Notes under the pieces: model-generated
Told to the model about the DNA's origin: nothing
The model's input: the letters and a program-made list of their open reading frames with translations, nothing else
Databases searched by the model: none
Position numbers and translations under genes: made by a program
Shown: one piece after another, positions 1-6,049 of the stretch
Layout: each line of letters opens with the position of its first letter
How positions within the stretch are numbered: position 1 is the stretch's first letter
Source of the DNA: Candidatus Thorarchaeota archaeon
Lineage (GTDB): Archaea > Asgardarchaeota > Thorarchaeia > Thorarchaeales > Thorarchaeaceae
Assembly: GCA_046758445.1 (NCBI GenBank)
Contig: JBHIAE010000046.1
Span: forward strand, 1-22,354
Direction of reading: 5' to 3'
Length of the DNA stretch: 22,354 nt

Positions 1-451
1 TCCCACCCCTCCCACTCTTTCTGTCCGAGTGTTACATCAGTTTTGCAACAGAGCCTCGTTCTGGAGAACTGTTACTGGCTCATTCCTCCTCTTCGTCTGC
101 AACGATCAACCAGAGCAAGTCCTTGGCAATGACGACCCCGCCTACCCTTTAGGGCACTTCCCTGTCGGTCGTTGTTTCCTACATGAGTTTCTTGGGTGGA
201 TTCTTCTATTGAGAGAGCACAGTTCGATGGGTAAGAAAGAATGTGGCCAAAGAACCTTGCGGAATCCTGTTAGGTTCTCTGACCAGTATGACAGCACACG
301 ACTCTCTAAGGTCTGAGATGTGTACAGACTGTCGTCCTTTCGCCTTCCCTATAAGCACCTACAAAGTGTCGTTTGCGTGAACCTTTGACTCTAGCCTCCG
401 GAGCAACCGCCTACGGATCTTCGTCATTTGCACTCCCTGACATATAGGGAC

Positions 452-709
452 ATGACAGCTTCTAGGATTCTAAGGCGCCACGGTGTGGCGGTGGTCAACA
501 GGCGCAGACGCGCCAGCAACGGCTCTCTTGAGATGCAGTGCCTTGGGTGTGGGGCATGGGTCCCCGTCAAGGAGGGGAGAAGGGTCCAGTGGTCCGGTAC
601 TGGCGTCACTGACAGGACAGTGGCCGGGCTCCCCACCATCGAGTACTACTGCGTGACCTGTGAGGGCATGCTCGACCGTGTGCTATACATCCCAAGGAGG
701 CTCGTGTGA
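452..709 (+). CDS. Small Zn-ribbon-like hypothetical protein (mobile-element operon)
   Basis: Two CxxC pairs (CLGC, CVTC). ATG at 452 follows AGGGA and is preferred over the TTG at 428. The stop overlaps the next start (GTGA). Confidence 0.6.
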   Translation: MTASRILRRHGVAVVNRRRRASNGSLEMQCLGCGAWVPVKEGRRVQWSGTGVTDRTVAGLPTIEYYCVTCEGMLDRVLYIPRRLV

Positions 710-984
710 CCATGCAGGAGGAGCTTCCAAGGATTGAGTTCGTGGGGATGAGAGTCGAGATCAGTATGCTCCGCGCTGGGGAGGAGTCCACCACTAGGCT
801 CTCTATGGAGAGGACTGCGGACGGCTGGACCTTCCACTTCCACGGTCCCAGTCCTCTGGGTGAGACCTGTCCCGACATTGACCTAGACGGTTTCAACAGG
901 GGTGAGGCATGTGCACTACTGTTCAACTGGTTGACGGTGTTTGCCAACACGGAGTTTGAAGGGGTTGTGAATCGTGCAGACTGA
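706..984 (+). CDS. Small acidic hypothetical protein
   Basis: 92-aa ORF overlapping both neighbours; 16 D/E versus 7 R and 0 K. Confidence 0.6.
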   Translation: MTMQEELPRIEFVGMRVEISMLRAGEESTTRLSMERTADGWTFHFHGPSPLGETCPDIDLDGFNRGEACALLFNWLTVFANTEFEGVVNRAD

Positions 985-2233
985 GCAGACGCAGGACGCG
1001 GTTTCAACTGTGGACCTTGAGGGCACTCCCCTCACTCTTGAGATGCGTGAACTTCTGACCTTCAGTGTTGACCATGTGACTGGTCGACGCGTGGCAGACG
1101 AGTGGGACCGTGCGATTCCGACAGCAGTGACCTACAACCCGGAGTCACAGAGGTTTGAGGTCCCCTTCGGGAGGAAGCCTGCTGCTTGGGTCAGGGATGT
1201 GTTGAAGTCTATGCACTTCGGCTGGAACAAGTTCGAGGGCTGTTGGGAGCTGTACACATGGCAGGTCAGACTCTATGAGAGAGAGCCAATTGGCGCGTTT
1301 CTCTCGTCACTGTTCTCCGGGGTGCTGATTGACCCGCCGGAGGTCCCCGATGGCGCACGGCGCAGGTGGTGGAAGGAGGTACGGGACATGCCCGCAAAGT
1401 TCGTCGAGCAACTGGCCGAGGCCACCGATGCGGAGCGTAATAGGGAGGGCGTCGGGCAGTGGCTCAGGTTCGTGAGAGGCTTCAAACAGTACTCTCCATA
1501 CAACATTCTCTCGATACTGATACAGTGCCCCGAGGCTTCCTTTGTTGCAGGAGAACGACATTGGAACAGCCTAGGCCGTTTCGTCAAGTGGGGAGAGAGC
1601 CCTATCATCATTCTAGGGCCACGCTTCAAGACCATCAAGGAGGATGACCCCGAAACCGGAGAGGAGGTCAAGACGAAGGTGTTGGCTGGCTTTCTTGCCC
1701 TGCCCGTCTATGACGTTTCGCAGACTGAAGGAGAATCACTACCTGAACCTATGAGGATTCCGCGGATTGAGGGCGACGAAGGAATGGTTTTCCTTGAAGC
1801 CATGAAGTCCCCCTGTGTGGAACATGAGATAATGTACAACTTCGCAGAGCTTGAGGATGGCCTAGGGGGGCAGTCCGCACGTAGGTGGATTAGAGTAGAC
1901 AACACTGGTTCTATCAACGAGCAGCTTGCTCTCATGGTCCATGAGGTAGCACATGAGTATCTTCATTGGGATGGCCTTGCGAAGCCGAGCCAAAGAAAGC
2001 TTGAAACAAAGAAGTGGCAGAGGGAGGTAGAGGCAGAGGGTGTCGCCTATGTGGTTTGTAGCTTCTTCGGTCTTCCTACAACGTCATCTCCATACCTAGC
2101 TGCTGAAGGGGCAAGTGGCAAGGACATCATGACACTAGTGATAACTTCCCTTGAGGCAGCTTCCAGTATCATTTGCTACCTCATTGAGAAGGCTTGTTGG
2201 GGCAAACCTTTTGCGCTTAAATCATTCAGATAG
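974..2233 (+). CDS. ArdC-like ssDNA-binding (ArdC-N/DUF1738-type) protein with C-terminal zincin metallopeptidase (HExxH) domain and an extra N-terminal domain
   Basis: ArdC-N-type motifs YSPYNILSILIQCP..SFVAG...W..LGRFVKWGE and PVYDVSQTEG; HEVAH at 1940-1954 followed by EVEAEGVAY. Confidence 0.85.
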   Translation: MQTEQTQDAVSTVDLEGTPLTLEMRELLTFSVDHVTGRRVADEWDRAIPTAVTYNPESQRFEVPFGRKPAAWVRDVLKSMHFGWNKFEGCWELYTWQVRLYEREPIGAFLSSLFSGVLIDPPEVPDGARRRWWKEVRDMPAKFVEQLAEATDAERNREGVGQWLRFVRGFKQYSPYNILSILIQCPEASFVAGERHWNSLGRFVKWGESPIIILGPRFKTIKEDDPETGEEVKTKVLAGFLALPVYDVSQTEGESLPEPMRIPRIEGDEGMVFLEAMKSPCVEHEIMYNFAELEDGLGGQSARRWIRVDNTGSINEQLALMVHEVAHEYLHWDGLAKPSQRKLETKKWQREVEAEGVAYVVCSFFGLPTTSSPYLAAEGASGKDIMTLVITSLEAASSIICYLIEKACWGKPFALKSFR

Positions 2234-2253
2234 ACTATCATGGTTGTGGAGTC

Positions 2254-2631
2254 ATGACAGCGCTTAGCTTGGCAAAGATGAAGAAGGCACTAACTCATGA
2301 GGACTTCCTTCATGTGCATGAAGTTCTCTCCCAGCTTACTTCAGACCTCGGATGGACTCGCGCATGGACAACCCTTCAGGATGCGATTGCAGGGACTGTT
2401 GGTACAGGCTGGTACAGCGTCAACCTGACAATCCTCTCTGTCTTCAAGATGGAGGAGCTGATTGGGTACGATGGAGATGTTCCAGAGGTCCTTGCTACAC
2501 TCCAGAATACGCGTAATTTCGGCGAGGTTGATGGAGCATTCTTCGAGAGCATGACGGACAGAGTCAGAAACCAATTGACCAGACACGGTTCGACACGCAG
2601 AAGATGGAGACACGACGAACAGCCTCTCTGA
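2254..2631 (+). CDS. Hypothetical protein
   Basis: 125-aa ORF in the operon, GGAG before ATG, overlaps the next ORF. Confidence 0.6.
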   Translation: MTALSLAKMKKALTHEDFLHVHEVLSQLTSDLGWTRAWTTLQDAIAGTVGTGWYSVNLTILSVFKMEELIGYDGDVPEVLATLQNTRNFGEVDGAFFESMTDRVRNQLTRHGSTRRRWRHDEQPL

Positions 2632-3854
2632 TCCCTGATATTGCATCTGCTAGGAGATTTGAGTTTGCAAGAGTAGTCAAGGACCTAGTTGACCAAGGAG
2701 TCTTCAGCTACCCGGCTGGGTTTGAACAGAAACCATTGCTTCTTACAGCCTATGGTAGAAGACTAGTCGAGGAAACAGGGGTTACTGAGTTCAAGTACTT
2801 GGCTCCGCACCTTCAGGAGCTTGGTAGAGAGATAGGAGTTGACGTCCCTGAGTTTATCCCACTAGGTGATTCGAAGCCGTACGTCATCGGGGCAAAGACC
2901 CCCGAACGTCCCAAGCCTTGGCAACCGGGGGTGTCTGAGCGGCTTGCCAGAGTTATGCTTATGTTCACGGACATAATGGACCCACCATCCATCAATGACA
3001 TATACACCCTTTTCGAATCTGGGTTTGCCTCATCGGCTGATGTTGTCACTCTTGTGATAGAAGACCGACAGGACGCATGGACGCAAGGTCTCGGCTACAT
3101 GGCTTACTACGACGAGATGTCGATGGACAGGATCTATCTAGCTGCTGTTGAACATCTCGCTTCTCTGTCCTTCTCCCAACATAGGACCAGCCTCCTTTCC
3201 AAGGTCCTGGTCAAGAGGCTACCTTACCACTATGAGAGGAGAAACTACGCCTCCGAGGTACAGCTAGCTGCGATAAGGGGTCTTCGGAAAGACAAGGCTA
3301 ATCGGGCAACGAAGGCAGTGTTGGAATTCGTGAAGCGTCAGGAGTGGGAACCTTTTGGCGAGAGCTGCAAAGACAGGCACGCCGTTCTCCTCTATACAAC
3401 TTCGGATGTCCTAGACGAATCACTTGGTTTTCTTATTGAACGTGGTCAAGACATTCAGGAATTGTTGACCTCCTTCATGGACTGTTTGAATTGGTCTTCA
3501 GAGGGGGGTATAGGTGAAGTCATCACTAGGCGGCTCGTTGAAACTAGCGGGGTGGAGGCGTTCGAAGCGTTGATTTCACATCTCAGGTGGGAGAGAATGG
3601 GTTGTGGCTCAGGCGTAAGTGATAATGTCTCTAATGCATTAACCACTCTTGGAACAGAAATCCTCCCAAAGCTGCAGAACTACTTATGGGACAACGGGTC
3701 AATCAATCGCACCGTGGTTGCTATTATGGAACGTATTGAAATCTCATCGAAACCACTGATGGAGTTCTTGGTCCAAAACGCCCGGAGTATATCCGCACAC
3801 GACACGGAATGGCTATTCAAGACAATTCGCAACGGTGATAGCTTATTACCGTGA
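2604..3854 (+). CDS. Hypothetical protein, possible N-terminal winged helix and C-terminal HEAT-like helical repeats
   Basis: 416-aa ORF; 'VKDLVDQGVF...LLLTAYGRRLVE' is wHTH-like; VQLAAIRGL, AFEALISHL and VSNALTTLGTEILPKL are HEAT-like. Confidence 0.65.
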   Translation: METRRTASLIPDIASARRFEFARVVKDLVDQGVFSYPAGFEQKPLLLTAYGRRLVEETGVTEFKYLAPHLQELGREIGVDVPEFIPLGDSKPYVIGAKTPERPKPWQPGVSERLARVMLMFTDIMDPPSINDIYTLFESGFASSADVVTLVIEDRQDAWTQGLGYMAYYDEMSMDRIYLAAVEHLASLSFSQHRTSLLSKVLVKRLPYHYERRNYASEVQLAAIRGLRKDKANRATKAVLEFVKRQEWEPFGESCKDRHAVLLYTTSDVLDESLGFLIERGQDIQELLTSFMDCLNWSSEGGIGEVITRRLVETSGVEAFEALISHLRWERMGCGSGVSDNVSNALTTLGTEILPKLQNYLWDNGSINRTVVAIMERIEISSKPLMEFLVQNARSISAHDTEWLFKTIRNGDSLLP

Positions 3855-4002
3855 TTCACTGCTTTTTCGCATTCCGGCTAGCATAACCCTTCTTCTAGGT
3901 GTTTCGTCATTTTGGTCACGATTTTTGGGAATTAAGAAAAAGGAAGCACCGTTTCGTTTTTTCGATAAGTATGCGCTTTTTAACAGAAACCCTCTCACAA
4001 AA

Positions 4003-4015
4003 GAAAACCTTATAG
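4003..4015 (+). promoter_or_regulatory. BRE-TATA promoter for candidate ncRNA-1
   Basis: GAAAACCTTATAG, about 25 nt upstream of the first paired G (4039). Confidence 0.65.
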
Positions 4016-4038
4016 GCCCAATTGGTCCTCCTTGAGTC

Positions 4039-4140
4039 GGAGACGCAAGACCCGCGGATTCACGTTCGTTAACTTGAGTTTCCTGTTGCTTCAGTCTGCG
4101 TCCCTCCCGGCGGAGATCAACAGGTAGCGGGTCTTCTCCA
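4039..4140 (+). ncRNA. Candidate ~102-nt structured ncRNA (three-way junction, possible pseudoknot), family not recognised
   Basis: Helices GGAG/CTCC, AAGACCCGC/GCGGGTCTT, GGATTCA/TGAGTTT and CCTGTTG/CAACAGG; own TATA box and oligo-T tract. Confidence 0.65.
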
Positions 4141-4151
4141 CCTTTTTCTCC
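4141..4151 (+). terminator. Pyrimidine/oligo-T archaeal terminator
   Basis: CCTTTTTCTCC immediately after the closing helix. Confidence 0.5.
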
Positions 4152-4266
4152 AGAAAATCACGGATTTGTGTTTCAGCTGTCTTCTGCCGTGCTGTCAATT
4201 ACGCTGAAGATTCAGGACAAGCTTCTTATCATCGTTGACTCAGACTCTCGAATTGGTGAGCAAAGA

Positions 4267-5046
4267 TTGGAGCGCGTAGAGCTTGGCTGGGATGATTTCT
4301 GGGCGGAGGTCTTCCGTGTTAGGCATCGTGGGTCGATACCTGGCATCCAGCAGTACGATCAGCTGGTTGTAGACTTCTGCTCTGATGTCTTGGACCTCAA
4401 AGAGGACAACTCTCTTCTGGACATTGCTTGTGGGGCAGGTGATCAGAGCATTCTCTTCGCCAAGCGTGGGATGAGCGTTTCGGGCTTTGACATTGCGGGC
4501 AGTCTGATTGAAATTGCGAAATCTCGTGCAGCTGAGGCCGGACTAAAGATTGACTTCTTCACTGGAGACATGCGCAAGATTGACGTGGACCAACCGTTCG
4601 ACGCCGCAGTGCTTCTCAGTCACAGTTTCGGCTTCTTTGACCACGAAGAGAATCAAGGAGTTCTGAAGGGTGCGTTCAAGGCACTCACAAAAGGAGGTAG
4701 GCTCCTCTTAGATCTCATGAATCCCTACAATCTTCCGCGTTTTCAGAAGACCTGGATGAAGTTAGAGAATGACTTTCTGTTGAGTGACCCACACGTCATC
4801 GATGCCCCAGCAGGCGTTTTGCGAGGTCGACCTGCGACATTCATCGAAACAGAGGCAGGACGAATCGTATTCATGAATGAGGACGCAATGAAGAACAACG
4901 ATATCCGAATGTACACAGCACTTGAGATCAGACACATGCTTGAAGATGTCGGTTTCACAAAGACGGAGTTGTATGGACAGAACAAACTGCCAAGAATGCC
5001 ATACGCCGCGAATTCAGAGCGAATGGTAGTGGTTGCAAGTAAGTGA
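4267..5046 (+). CDS. Class I SAM-dependent methyltransferase
   Basis: Motif I LLDIACGAG, plus GDMR, FDAA and GGRLLLD; TTG start at 4267 after GGTGAG SD (4255-4260) and a CTTATC TATA-like box (4225-4230). Confidence 0.9.
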   Translation: MERVELGWDDFWAEVFRVRHRGSIPGIQQYDQLVVDFCSDVLDLKEDNSLLDIACGAGDQSILFAKRGMSVSGFDIAGSLIEIAKSRAAEAGLKIDFFTGDMRKIDVDQPFDAAVLLSHSFGFFDHEENQGVLKGAFKALTKGGRLLLDLMNPYNLPRFQKTWMKLENDFLLSDPHVIDAPAGVLRGRPATFIETEAGRIVFMNEDAMKNNDIRMYTALEIRHMLEDVGFTKTELYGQNKLPRMPYAANSERMVVVASK

Positions 5047-5085
5047 AGCGCTATTCCAACTGATCCATTTGAGAGAGGAGAATCA

Positions 5086-5890
5086 ATGAAGTTAGGTGTT
5101 GTTCTTCGCTTGGTGAATACTGGCTATGACCACAAGGGCATTGGAGAATTTGTTCAGAATGTCGAGGACCCGGGATATGACTACTTACTTGCCTACGACC
5201 TTGTGACGAAGACTGAAGGGTCACCTCCTCCAACAAGTGAACCATTCGTTCTGTTCAGCTATCTAGCAGGATTGACAAGAGGACTGGAGTTTGCAGTAGG
5301 AGTCCTGATTCTACCTTCAAGACAAACAGTACTGGTTGCAAAACAAGCTGCAGAACTTGATCTACTGTCTGATGGACGTTTGCGACTTGGTGTTGCCGTC
5401 GGCTGGAACGAGAGTGAGTATCAAGCTATGAATTCGGGCTTTCACAGTCGCGGAAAGCGTATAGAGGAACAGATCACCGTTTTACGAGAACTCTGGACTA
5501 AGCCATTGGTCAGATTCAAGGGCGAATACCACAATATGGACGGCATTGGCATTGACCCTCTTCCAGTTCAACGTCCTATCCCAATATGGCTAGGCGGGTA
5601 CTCGGATTCCGTCCTGAATCGGGTTGCTCGCGCATATAACGACGCCAGAAGATGGGGAACCAATGATAGAGAGATTGCAAGGCTATGTCGAAGAATCAGG
5701 ACGCACGATGGAGGATCTCGGCATCGGTGTCTGTCTGGATATGCATTTCTCACACGACTGGAACAAGTATGTTGAAGCATGGAGCGAACTGGGAGCGACG
5801 CATTTCGACATCGACACCTCGAGAGCCGGCTTGAAGACTCCACAGGATCATATCGATGTATTGACTCGCTTCAAAGACGAGTGGGGATGA
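5086..5890 (+). pseudogene. LLM-class (probably F420-dependent) oxidoreductase, frameshifted near 5626-5631
   Basis: N-terminal part has EPFVLFSYLAG, AKQAAELDLLSDGRLRLGVAVGW and PIPIWLGG. The C-terminal part (W.ELGATHF) continues in another frame, and the usual DGW motif is missing at the junction. Confidence 0.8.
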
Positions 5891-5915
5891 AGTTGGTCAC
5901 TCGGCGTGTCCCTGA

Positions 5916-6043
5916 CGAAATTCTTTTAAGATTCTATAAGCGTGGTCGGCAAAGCCACCGAGAAGGCCCTCGGTGACTCCAACCGAGTTCTTTCGGAACT
6001 TTGACTTATGGAATTGGAGTCAGACTATTCGAAAGTAAGGTGA
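5916..6043 (+). promoter_or_regulatory. Promoter plus ~95-nt structured 5' leader of the EF-2 paralog
   Basis: CGAAATTCTTTTAAG promoter-like motif; helices CACCGAG/CTCGGTG, TGACTCCAA/TTGGAGTCA and AGTTC/GAACT; SD AGGTGA at 6038-6043. Confidence 0.6.
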
Positions 6044-6049
6044 AGACTA

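Larger units (their letters stand above)
1..3854 (+). mobile_element. Probable right-hand part of an integrated plasmid- or virus-like element
   Basis: ArdC-like gene plus orphan ORFs in an overlapping operon; GC-rich lines (39/60 at 481-540, 42/60 at 1321-1380) end at an AT-rich spacer (22/60 at 3901-3960). No integrase or att site is visible in the window. Confidence 0.5.

Noticed and set aside
29-316. 95-aa ORF at the window start
   Set aside because: No recognisable motifs or SD; it overlaps the hairpin-rich region and is probably spurious.
4084-4100. CTTCA in ncRNA-1 as a tRNA-Sec anticodon loop
   Set aside because: The flanks do not form an anticodon stem, and there is no T-arm before the 3' end.
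4039-4140. ncRNA-1 as a SAM riboswitch for the methyltransferase, or as a hammerhead, 5S or SRP RNA
   Set aside because: It lacks the conserved cores of those families as I know them, and the methyltransferase has a separate promoter-like box after the oligo-T tract.
5600-5660. Programmed frameshift in the LLM gene
   Set aside because: There is no slippery run, and conserved residues are missing, which fits a deletion rather than recoding.
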